From Candidatus Binataceae bacterium (lineage in GTDB: Bacteria; Desulfobacterota; Binatia; Binatales; Binataceae), in the NCBI GenBank assembly GCA_035524375.1, contig DATKOZ010000059.1:28822-92821 (forward strand): DNA of 64,000 nucleotides. Direction: 5' to 3'. The notes beneath the pieces were generated by a model. That model saw only the letters and a list, made by a program, of their open reading frames with translations, was not told the origin of the DNA and made no database searches. Made by a program: the position numbers and the translations under genes. The stretch's first letter is position 1, and every line of letters starts with the position of its first letter. Below are positions 1 through 6,675 of this stretch, one piece after another.

Positions 1-75
1 CCCTCGCCTCTCTATGCCGCGCGCAGCGCGTTCCTCCCTATTTCCCTCGCTCGCTGCTTATGCGGGAGAGGGCGA

Positions 76-204
76 TCACGCGCGCAATCGCTCCTCGTCG
101 GCCTCGGTGACACCACCCTCCTTCTTGATCAGGTTGTCGAAGACGTTTGTATCGAGATACACGAGCTGAGACATTTGCCCATCGCCCATCCTGCTATCAT
201 TCAT
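76..204 (-). pseudogene. Short PIN-like N-terminal stub (42 codons from ATG 204, or 32 from ATG 174)
   Basis: Hand translation of the minus strand gives MNDSRMGDGQMSQLVYLDTNVFDNLIKKEGGVTEADEERLRA, then TGA at 76-78. 'LVYLDTNVF' looks like the first strand plus catalytic Asp of PIN toxins. The frame ends after about 30 more residues and I saw no continuation in the other frames of nt 1-75. Confidence 0.25.
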
Positions 205-269
205 AAACAGTTTGCGTCCGTCCGCAACTGCGGCCTTTAGCGAGCCGGCGGTTGCCCGCGCTTAGCGTG

Positions 270-415
270 CGAGATCCTTCGACTCGCGCAGCGCTCGCTC
301 AGGATGACATGAGAGGAAAGGCGGAATCCGGGATTCCCGCGCGGCAGCCACGCGCGGGAATGACAGCGAGCGGAGCGGACATCGGGATCCCTCGGCTTCG
401 CTTGGGACGACAGAA
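270..415. repeat. Cluster of three short REP-like palindromic units
   Basis: Unit 2 is a perfect 11-bp stem, attcccgcgcg (333-343) / cgcgcgggaat (351-361), with a 7-nt loop. Units 1 (~384-411) and 3 (~273-308, atcct...aggat arms) have the same 'gtc(a/g)t(c/t)cc...gg(g/a)at' architecture when read on the minus strand. The ORFs called here (237..518, 299..487) translate to arginine/serine-rich nonsense typical of such elements. Confidence 0.45.
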
Positions 416-465
416 CCGCGCCGGGGGACACCGGGAAAAGACGATCAAGGAATCCTGACTTGGGT

Positions 466-483
466 GCAGGCGCCGGCGCCTGC
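466..483 (-). other. Perfect 18-bp palindrome abutting the brnA stop codon (possible terminator stem or protein-binding site)
   Basis: The palindrome is gcaggcgcc|ggcgcctgc at 466-483, and the brnA stop is at 484-486. No U-tract follows on the minus strand, so terminator function is uncertain. Confidence 0.25.
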
Positions 484-744
484 TCACGCCCGTTTGCGTT
501 CCTGGACCGCCGACTCAAGCGCCTGGCGGATGAATCGCTGATAGGGCATCTTCGCCCGCGCGGCGCATCCCTTAACGGCCTTGAGCAACGGCCCCGGAAT
601 CCGCATGTTGACGCGCGCGGTCTTGGCCTGAAACTCGAACCGGACCGTCCGCATCCCCGACAGGTCGTAGGCGGTCAGGTCGGCCGCGTCGATAAACCGC
701 TCGGCCGCTTTATCGGTCTTTAATCTTGGCAGCTTCTTTTTCAT
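484..744 (-). CDS. brnA: BrnA-family antitoxin (CopG/RHH-like)
   Basis: The ORF ends '...RVNMRIPGPLLKAVKGCAARAKMPYQRFIRQALESAV', the typical BrnA C-terminus. It lies directly downstream of and overlaps a BrnT-like gene. I prefer ATG 744 (MKKKLPRLK...) over the TTG at 753 used by the ORF track. Confidence 0.85.
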   Translation of the reverse strand: MKKKLPRLKTDKAAERFIDAADLTAYDLSGMRTVRFEFQAKTARVNMRIPGPLLKAVKGCAARAKMPYQRFIRQALESAVQERKRA

Positions 745-1024
745 AGTGCTCAACTTCCTTCTTGTGCATATAGCGGGCGCTGATTAGGCGGATGAGCGTC
801 CGTAGATCACGCGTGCGCATCGTGAACACCGCCAGAACGGCATGGCTATCCTCGTCCTTGCCAATCGCGATAAACCGCTCCTCGGTTCGGGAGTGGCGCG
901 GGTTGGGGAAGACCGCTATCGGTTTCTGAAACATCGCCTCGATAGCCGCGATCGTGACGCCGTGCTTCTGGCATTTGGCGCGGTTGGCGCCATCCCAGTC
1001 GAATCCGGCAGCTCCGAAAACCAT
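710..1024 (-). CDS. brnT: BrnT-family toxin (DUF497 ribonuclease toxin)
   Basis: 104 aa: 'FDWDGANRAKCQKHGVTIAAIEAMF...ERFIAIGKDEDSHAVLAVFTMR...IRLISARYMHKKEVEHYE', which fits the DUF497/BrnT layout. ATG is at 1022-1024. The 3' end overlaps brnA by 35 nt. Confidence 0.85.
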   Translation of the reverse strand: MVFGAAGFDWDGANRAKCQKHGVTIAAIEAMFQKPIAVFPNPRHSRTEERFIAIGKDEDSHAVLAVFTMRTRDLRTLIRLISARYMHKKEVEHYEKEAAKIKDR

Positions 1025-1034
1025 CTAGGTTTAG

Positions 1035-1062
1035 GATGTATTTTTGTATGGTTGTTTGTCAA
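1035..1062 (-). promoter_or_regulatory. Candidate sigma70-like promoter of brnTA
   Basis: Minus strand reads TTGACA (plus 1057-1062), a 16-nt spacer, then TACATC (plus 1035-1040). Only 10 nt separate the -10 from the brnT ATG and there is no Shine-Dalgarno. The -10 box is weak. Confidence 0.3.
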
Positions 1063-1213
1063 TACAGGATTGCGCGACGCGCTGGAAAGGCAGTAGCCCA
1101 GACCCGGCTAAGACCTTGCTGGAGAAGGCCGTTCTGTTTATAAGGCGGATTTGGATCGGAGCGGCAAAATGGAATTCCCGGCTAAATTAAGTGATAATAT
1201 CCGCTGCGGAAAA

Positions 1214-1666
1214 TCATTTAATCGAGGTCGGAGTTTTATCTGCAATTCGCGAGTACAAGAAATTTCCAACGGCGACATAACTGTCGTTGTCAGGGAGCAT
1301 CCAAGAGAGAACATCGAACGTTCCATGGTTTGTAGCGATTTGGAGAACGTAGAGCGACCAAATAAATCTCCATCCCCTGACAGATTCGATGCTCGCGTAT
1401 GGAATCCGATCTATTCGCTTCCGAAGGAGGCCCTTGGGCACCATAATCGCATCAAGGCCCAGCACAAGAGACCGCTTGGAGAAAAGCCGATCTAGAATCA
1501 TAAGCAACCCGCCTATGATCGGAAGGAGGCCGAACACAACGCTGATCGTGTGGGGATGGCAACCGCATAGAAGTGCATTCACAGCTATCCATCCAACACC
1601 CGCACCGAATTCTAAAGCAATCGACGAAGGTCTCGGAGTGTAAGGGTACTGACATGGTAGGTTCAT
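1214..1666 (-). CDS. Hypothetical small membrane protein (two TM helices plus a PH-like C-terminal half)
   Basis: 150-aa ORF with ATG at 1664-1666. It has two hydrophobic segments (GVGWIAVNALLCGC, ISVVFGLLPIIGGLLMIL), then 'LVLGLDAIMVPKGLLRKRIDRIPYASIESV...'. The region is visibly AT-richer than its neighbours. Confidence 0.6.
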   Translation of the reverse strand: MNLPCQYPYTPRPSSIALEFGAGVGWIAVNALLCGCHPHTISVVFGLLPIIGGLLMILDRLFSKRSLVLGLDAIMVPKGLLRKRIDRIPYASIESVRGWRFIWSLYVLQIATNHGTFDVLSWMLPDNDSYVAVGNFLYSRIADKTPTSIK

Positions 1667-1715
1667 AGGGCCGCTTCAATTTTTCGATCCTAAATGAGCG
1701 ATAAGGTGCATTCAA

Positions 1716-2273
1716 ATGAAGACGCGCTTTTTGATTTTGTTGTCTGTTATTCTTCTGGCTGCGCCGATGGCGTGGGCCGCGGACAAATCCGCCGATAAGA
1801 AGCTATACCATCGTCCGCAAACGTCCGCGGAGAAGGCGCTGGATAATATCTTGCGCCTTGACAACGCATCCAACGGAAATATGCAGGATTTCGTCCTTCA
1901 GCGCCCCGGGTACGCGAAAAAGAAAGGGAAGGATTATTCCAAATATTTTACGCCCGCCCTGTTGAAGGCATGGGCTGAAGCGGGAAAGAAGGACATCGCG
2001 GAGGGATGCGGCGGCGTTTACACGGGCGAGGTTTGCAACATCGATTTCGATGTCGTTTTATGCGCGCAGGACGTGCCGGAAACTTACTTGTACCGCACGA
2101 CCCATGCCCAGGGCGATCAGGCGATTATTACATACTTATGGCCGAACGATCCGAACGCCGGCTTGCGCTATCTGATGGTGAAAACGCAGGACGGATGGAA
2201 ATTGGATGCCGTCGATTGCGGCAATAAATATCAATTCAATGTGAAGACCTCTCTGCACGCAGACGAAAAATGA
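1716..2273 (+). CDS. Secreted hypothetical protein (possibly DUF3828-like)
   Basis: 185 aa with a clear Sec signal peptide MKTRFLILLSVILLAAPMAWA|ADK. It carries a 'CNIDFDVVLCAQD' motif and sits in the AT-richer region, divergent from 1214..1666. Confidence 0.7.
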   Translation: MKTRFLILLSVILLAAPMAWAADKSADKKLYHRPQTSAEKALDNILRLDNASNGNMQDFVLQRPGYAKKKGKDYSKYFTPALLKAWAEAGKKDIAEGCGGVYTGEVCNIDFDVVLCAQDVPETYLYRTTHAQGDQAIITYLWPNDPNAGLRYLMVKTQDGWKLDAVDCGNKYQFNVKTSLHADEK

Positions 2274-2343
2274 TCTAGCGAGACCGCTGGACTCGCGAAG
2301 GTTACCGCAGGAAACTCCTCTCTCGTTCGGAGTTGGGCTCTCG

Positions 2344-2688
2344 CTACGCCATGGATGCGCTGCGTGTTTTTTTTGCCGAACCGCCCCGGTCAGTTCCAAA
2401 TCTTTTCGCGACGTATCGCTTTACGCTGACATGCCGTTCCTCGTTTCGCGCCTGAGCCAAATCGAATGCCAATTGCATTCGCATCAGATGCTCCATTTTC
2501 GGCCCGAATGCCTTCTCGATGCGCAGGCCCATTTCACTGGTCAGGGCGGCCTTTCCGTTCAGCAGGCTCGAAAGCGCCTGCCGCCCGATGCCGAGAGCTT
2601 TCGCCGCCTCGGTCACCGTCAGTCCGAGCGGCTCGATCACCTGCCGGCGGATTAAGCCGCCGACGTGCGGAGGATTCTTCATCGCCAT
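2344..2688 (-). CDS. higA: HigA-family antitoxin (XRE-type HTH)
   Basis: 'HVGGLIRRQVIEPLGLTVTEAAKALGIGRQALSSLLNGKAALTSEMGLRIEKAFG' is the classic HigA/VapI HTH. It lies 17 nt downstream of a HigB-like gene. I prefer ATG 2688 (or 2682) to the TTG at 2697. Confidence 0.85.
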   Translation of the reverse strand: MAMKNPPHVGGLIRRQVIEPLGLTVTEAAKALGIGRQALSSLLNGKAALTSEMGLRIEKAFGPKMEHLMRMQLAFDLAQARNEERHVSVKRYVAKRFGTDRGGSAKKTRSASMA

Positions 2689-2705
2689 AATTTCCAACGC
2701 CTCTT

Positions 2706-2990
2706 TCAGTGATAGTCGATAAAATCGGTTTCGAATGCATCTCCTGCTTCAAACCGGAAAATCACTCGCCAATTTCCGCTCACTGTTACGCTCCAAAACC
2801 CCTTTAGCTCCCCTTTCAGCGGATGCAACCGCCAGCCGGGGAATAATCCGACTTCTTGCGGTTGCATAGCTTCGTCGATCGCCAAAAGAATGTCGGAGAT
2901 TTTCTCCACCAGGGCTGCCGGAAGTTCCCGGCCATCGCCGCCTTCGTAAAGCCGCCGCAAGCCTCTGTGCCGGATCGAACGAATGCCCAT
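2706..2990 (-). CDS. higB: HigB-family toxin (RelE/ParE superfamily, plasmid maintenance system killer)
   Basis: 94 aa: 'LHPLKGELKGFWSVTVSGNWRVIFRFEAGDAFETDFIDYH' is the typical HigB C-terminus. The toxin-first gene order is as in higBA. Confidence 0.85.
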   Translation of the reverse strand: MGIRSIRHRGLRRLYEGGDGRELPAALVEKISDILLAIDEAMQPQEVGLFPGWRLHPLKGELKGFWSVTVSGNWRVIFRFEAGDAFETDFIDYH

Positions 2991-2998
2991 CCAGAGAT

Positions 2999-3027
2999 AT
3001 TATCGCCCGTCGCGCGACAGGCGTCAA
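2999..3027 (-). promoter_or_regulatory. Candidate higBA promoter with an operator-like palindrome in the spacer
   Basis: Minus strand reads TTGACG (plus 3022-3027), a 17-nt spacer, then GATAAT (plus 2999-3004). The -10 ends 8 nt before the higB ATG (2988-2990) and there is no SD. A perfect 10-bp palindrome gtcgcgcgac (3009-3018) lies inside the spacer. Confidence 0.5.
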
Positions 3028-3188
3028 GGAAAAGGGCGAGCAGACTTAATCCTCTCTCGAAACCTCAACGAGAGCCCGTCCTGAGTCTCTCTAAGGATTT
3101 CAAACTTCCCTTCCGATTAAAACAGAGAGCGCGATACCCAGTTTGGTTTTCGCATCGGCCTGCTTTCTCTTTCGCGGCTACTTCTCGT

Positions 3189-4205
3189 CTATGCCGCCAT
3201 CGTTGCCGCGGCTTGCGCCGGCTTAATCACGTCACGCATCGCCTCGGAATAACTGTTCTGCACCAGCGCGCGCGCGAAGCGAGGATCGGCCGCAAGGGCG
3301 GCATGCAATCGCGGCAGATTGTAATCCGGCACGGCGGGGAACAGATGATGCTCCAGATGATAGGCAACATGAGCGGGGCCGATCATGAATTTTATAAATG
3401 GATTGTGCGAAACGATCGTCCGCGCGTTGCGCAATCCGTCTTTAGCATCGGGCACGCCCGCATGTTCCAGGACTCCGCGCACCCGGAGAATCACCTGATT
3501 GACGGTGAACAGCGGGATCATCCAGAGCGCGATAAACGCCCATCCAAGGCCGACATAGAACAGCGCCGCGATAATCGCGAAACCCAGCGCCATGCGCGGA
3601 ATCCGCTGCCGCACCATCCGCATCTTCACGTACTTTAGCGTCGGGCGGTTGCGACCTTTGCTGTCCACTTCGACATACCCTCGCATCACCATCGCGGACA
3701 GCCCCGTGGCGTCGCGAATCAGTTTGCGGCGGAAACTCTCCCACGTCACCGGATAGGCGCGCGAGAGCGACAGATCGGGATCGCGATCGGTGAGCAGGTA
3801 CTTATGATGGCGCAGATGGACTTTGCGGTAGCGGTACAGATCGCTGTTGACCGGAAACGCGCATAGCCATTGGCCGATGAGATCGTTCCATCGGCGATTG
3901 TCGAGCAGGCGAAAATGGGCCGCTTCATGCATCAGGACGGCGAGCGCATGCTGCGAGCGGCCGACAACGATCGCGGCGAGTATCCATACGATGATGCTGT
4001 GGCTCCACAGCGCGATGGAGACTGCGGCAACGATTAGCGCCCAGGTGAGCACCAGCGGCCGGAGAGACTTCACCGTGTCGATCGCATAGAGCTCTTTCAA
4101 CTCGTCGGGCTTGATTCGCATCGCGCGGCTTTCATTTCCGGAACTTTCGTCGCGCTGCGCATCCTGATCGGTCCAAGTTTCCGTGTCCGTGGTCGAGTAG
4201 ATCAT
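3189..4205 (-). CDS. Membrane fatty-acid desaturase family protein (three His boxes)
   Basis: His boxes 'HEAAH', 'HLRHH' and 'HLEHH' sit in a multi-TM protein. I prefer ATG 4205 (MIYSTTD...), which is preceded by GAGGGAGGAA and avoids overlap with the upstream gene ending at 4211. Confidence 0.85.
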   Translation of the reverse strand: MIYSTTDTETWTDQDAQRDESSGNESRAMRIKPDELKELYAIDTVKSLRPLVLTWALIVAAVSIALWSHSIIVWILAAIVVGRSQHALAVLMHEAAHFRLLDNRRWNDLIGQWLCAFPVNSDLYRYRKVHLRHHKYLLTDRDPDLSLSRAYPVTWESFRRKLIRDATGLSAMVMRGYVEVDSKGRNRPTLKYVKMRMVRQRIPRMALGFAIIAALFYVGLGWAFIALWMIPLFTVNQVILRVRGVLEHAGVPDAKDGLRNARTIVSHNPFIKFMIGPAHVAYHLEHHLFPAVPDYNLPRLHAALAADPRFARALVQNSYSEAMRDVIKPAQAAATMAA

Positions 4206-4210
4206 CGAGG

Positions 4211-5065
4211 CTATTCCTCCCTCTGCAAGTGTGCCGGCTCGCCGGCCGCAAACGCCGCCGTTTCGATCGGGGCGAAGTCGGATGTTTCGGGGCTCGCCAA
4301 GGGCGCCATGAAGCGCCGCCACATCGTGCGTCCCATCCGGTCATACTGTTTCATCATTTCGAGCAAAAGGTTGCGCTCATACGGTGGCATCATCACATCG
4401 GGCAGCAGCGGATCGAGCACCAGCGCGCGAACCGCCTCGCCGCCGAGCGTGAAGGTTTCGACGAGCGCGTCCTTAAAAGGAATCTTGTTCAAGCGCGCAA
4501 GGCTCGCTTCCAAACGCGCGGTAAGCCGCGCGTATTCGGCGCGCAACGCATCGACCGGCCACTTGGTTGCGAACTCCAGGCTCGCGGAGGCATCGACGGT
4601 GCCGCGCGTGATGAAGAACGGGACCCGCAGGCCCATTCCAACCAGCGTCTCGCGCAACTCGAAATCGGAGACGTGGAGATTGTCCGGACGCACGGCGACG
4701 GTTGGCGCGGCCTCGATCATCCGCGCGAAGCGAATCGCGCGTGCAGTGGATTCGCGATCGCGGGAGGACGGCCGGTGTTTCATGTGAACGATCATCCAAT
4801 CGCCGGTCCACGGACGTTGCAGTTGGCCGATTTCCGGCCAGGTCCGCACGTTGCGATTCACGGTTTCGGCCGCGCGCGTGAGCGCATACGCACCCCGCCC
4901 CGCCCGCTCAAGGCGTCCCTGCGCAACCAGCCGGGCGATCGTCACGCGCGCGCGGTTGGAGTCGATGCCGAAAAGATCGCATGCGGCGACAATCGCGCGG
5001 GCGGGCATCGGGACGCGTCCGCGCGGAGAGAGAAGGTCGAGAATTACGGAGCGAGGCTTGAGCAC
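4211..5065 (-). CDS. PaaX-family transcriptional regulator
   Basis: The N-terminus 'SVILDLLSPRGRVPMPARAIVAACDLFGIDSNRARVTIARLVAQGRLERAGRGAYALT' is a PaaX-type winged helix. The C-terminal half is helical and PaaX-like. The start is GTG. Confidence 0.8.
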   Translation of the reverse strand: MLKPRSVILDLLSPRGRVPMPARAIVAACDLFGIDSNRARVTIARLVAQGRLERAGRGAYALTRAAETVNRNVRTWPEIGQLQRPWTGDWMIVHMKHRPSSRDRESTARAIRFARMIEAAPTVAVRPDNLHVSDFELRETLVGMGLRVPFFITRGTVDASASLEFATKWPVDALRAEYARLTARLEASLARLNKIPFKDALVETFTLGGEAVRALVLDPLLPDVMMPPYERNLLLEMMKQYDRMGRTMWRRFMAPLASPETSDFAPIETAAFAAGEPAHLQREE

Positions 5066-5160
5066 CCAGTCATATTACATTTTTGGCAGATTCCTGTCAA
5101 ATAGTGTAATATTGACGACCAGGGAAATTTAGCGCGGCTAAAAGACCGAGCGACGAAACT

Positions 5161-6462
5161 TTAGAATGGATAATTGACGCCGGAGAAGACGGCCGCACCC
5201 TCGCCGCCCCATCCGATGTCGACATAGCCGACAACGAAGGGCATCGCGATTGCGCGGACGCCCAGCCCGCCGACGGGATGCAGCTGGCTGAGCGGGTTAA
5301 AATCCATGTAATGCGCCACGCGCCCAACCTCGGCAAACGGGGCGAGCTCGAGGATTCCGTGCGTGCCGAGCATGTTCAAATCCCAGATGCGCGTGCGCAT
5401 CTCCATGTTTGCGACGACGAGGTCGTTGTCGACGAAGCGGCCCGCGCCATAGCCGCGCAGCGGTTCCTGATCGGTAAGGATGGATTCCTCGCCACCCAAC
5501 CGTGCAGCCGACCAGAAAGGCATTTCGCCGCCGGTGCCAACACTGACTGTGTGATACGTGTCGCGCTTCGAGTTGAACACCGTGACGAATTGCGGAAAGT
5601 TCCCGCCAACCGCCTGATATTCGCAGAACAAATGACCGGCGAAGGTGACTCGATTATTGAGCGTGAGATAACGGCGTAGCTCCCCGCCGAAGCGGTTGTA
5701 GGATACCGAACTTCCGAATCTGCGGTCGGCAACACCATAGTAAACGCGCGCCAACCCGCCGGCGCGGGGAATATCGATAGCATCGCGGGTGTCGTATTGG
5801 ATCATGAATTGATTCAACAATTCGCTGCCGCCATTGATACCTTTCTGCTGTGGAAAAATTTCGTGAATCTGAGGCAGGTCGAAGCCGCCATGCAGAATTC
5901 GGACATAACGCGGTCGTTCGGTGATCGACAACTGGAGATTTTCGGTTACGTTAATCCCGAACATCCCTTCGAAGTAGAGCTGTTCGGTTGTGTAGTTGGT
6001 CTGGTTGCCCTGCGAGGATTTGTTGCCCAGCCCGAAAAACCGCTCGGTCGGATCGCGCTCGAAAAAGAAGCGGCCTTCGAATGACCACCATTTCTTGTGC
6101 TCGCGCCCGGTCTGAAAGTCCAAGTCGACATCGCGGGCAATTTTCCATTGGAACCCCGCGGTCGCATACCACTGGGTGTCGGATGACGGATACGACAGGT
6201 ACCGGAAATCGCCGCCCGGACCCAACGTCGTGTTCTGCGTAAAGTCCGGGGCGAGAATACTGGTGATCTGATCGTTGCTGTCAGTGAACAATTTGACCGG
6301 CATCACGCCATAAGTGACCCCGCCGTTCGGATCGGTCGCCGCGACGGGGACCGGTATGAACGGCCAAGTATCGGGCGAAGTCAGGTCGATTGCATCCGCC
6401 GTGGCAGTTTGAATCGCCAGCGCAACAGCGAACAAAAATATGATAGCGAGAACGCGCCGCAT
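5161..6462 (-). CDS. Omp85/BamA-family outer-membrane beta-barrel (no obvious POTRA region)
   Basis: Signal peptide MRRVLAIIFLFAVALAIQTATA from ATG 6462. Alternating beta-strand pattern throughout, ending in the terminal 'GVNYPF' aromatic signature. The barrel-like sequence starts almost immediately after the signal peptide. Confidence 0.7.
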   Translation of the reverse strand: MRRVLAIIFLFAVALAIQTATADAIDLTSPDTWPFIPVPVAATDPNGGVTYGVMPVKLFTDSNDQITSILAPDFTQNTTLGPGGDFRYLSYPSSDTQWYATAGFQWKIARDVDLDFQTGREHKKWWSFEGRFFFERDPTERFFGLGNKSSQGNQTNYTTEQLYFEGMFGINVTENLQLSITERPRYVRILHGGFDLPQIHEIFPQQKGINGGSELLNQFMIQYDTRDAIDIPRAGGLARVYYGVADRRFGSSVSYNRFGGELRRYLTLNNRVTFAGHLFCEYQAVGGNFPQFVTVFNSKRDTYHTVSVGTGGEMPFWSAARLGGEESILTDQEPLRGYGAGRFVDNDLVVANMEMRTRIWDLNMLGTHGILELAPFAEVGRVAHYMDFNPLSQLHPVGGLGVRAIAMPFVVGYVDIGWGGEGAAVFSGVNYPF

Positions 6463-6586
6463 CCTGATTTCTTCCGCCCGCCACCTCCGCTCCGTCATCA
6501 CACAAACCATGCGGGACGGCTCAAGGTGACAGGATTGGCGAAAACGATCAACCCTTTAGCGCGAACCGGCTCTCACATGCTGCTGC

Positions 6587-6655
6587 TGCGCGCTTTTCGC
6601 GGGGCGCGCAATGTGCAAGGATTCCGGCCAGCCGTCCCCATACACGGGGACTTTT
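6587..6655 (+). promoter_or_regulatory. Two hairpins in the 5' leader of the TPP-enzyme gene, the second terminator-like
   Basis: Hairpin 1 is tgcgcgc (6587-6593) / gcgcgca (6604-6610). Hairpin 2 is gtcccc (6634-6639) / ggggac (6646-6651), followed by tttt (6652-6655). The RBS aaggag is at 6661-6666. No plus-strand gene lies upstream that it could terminate. Confidence 0.25.
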
Positions 6656-6675
6656 CCATCAAGGAGCGAGATTCA

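Noticed and set aside
237-518. ORFs of 93, 68 and 62 aa between the PIN stub and brnA
   Set aside because: They coincide with the REP-like palindrome cluster. Their translations are the repetitive Arg/Ser/Pro-rich strings such elements produce.
2856-3638. 260-aa plus-strand ORF spanning higB, the intergenic region and the desaturase 3' end
   Set aside because: It runs antisense to two supported genes and across a promoter region, with a low-complexity Arg/Pro/His translation.
4229-5104. 291-aa plus-strand ORF
   Set aside because: It is antisense to the PaaX-like regulator, is Arg-rich and has no motif.
6409-6675. N-terminal extensions proposed by the ORF track. This one is for the TPP enzyme. 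The same applies to 32582..32923 (rimP), 25029..25181 (recO), 14264..14332 (CoA-transferase), 4206..4322 (desaturase), 50829..51158 (lipoprotein) and 56263..56346 (giant gene).
   Set aside because: In each case an internal ATG preceded by a Shine-Dalgarno-like sequence matches the expected family N-terminus or signal peptide. The extension overlaps a neighbouring gene or intergenic hairpins.
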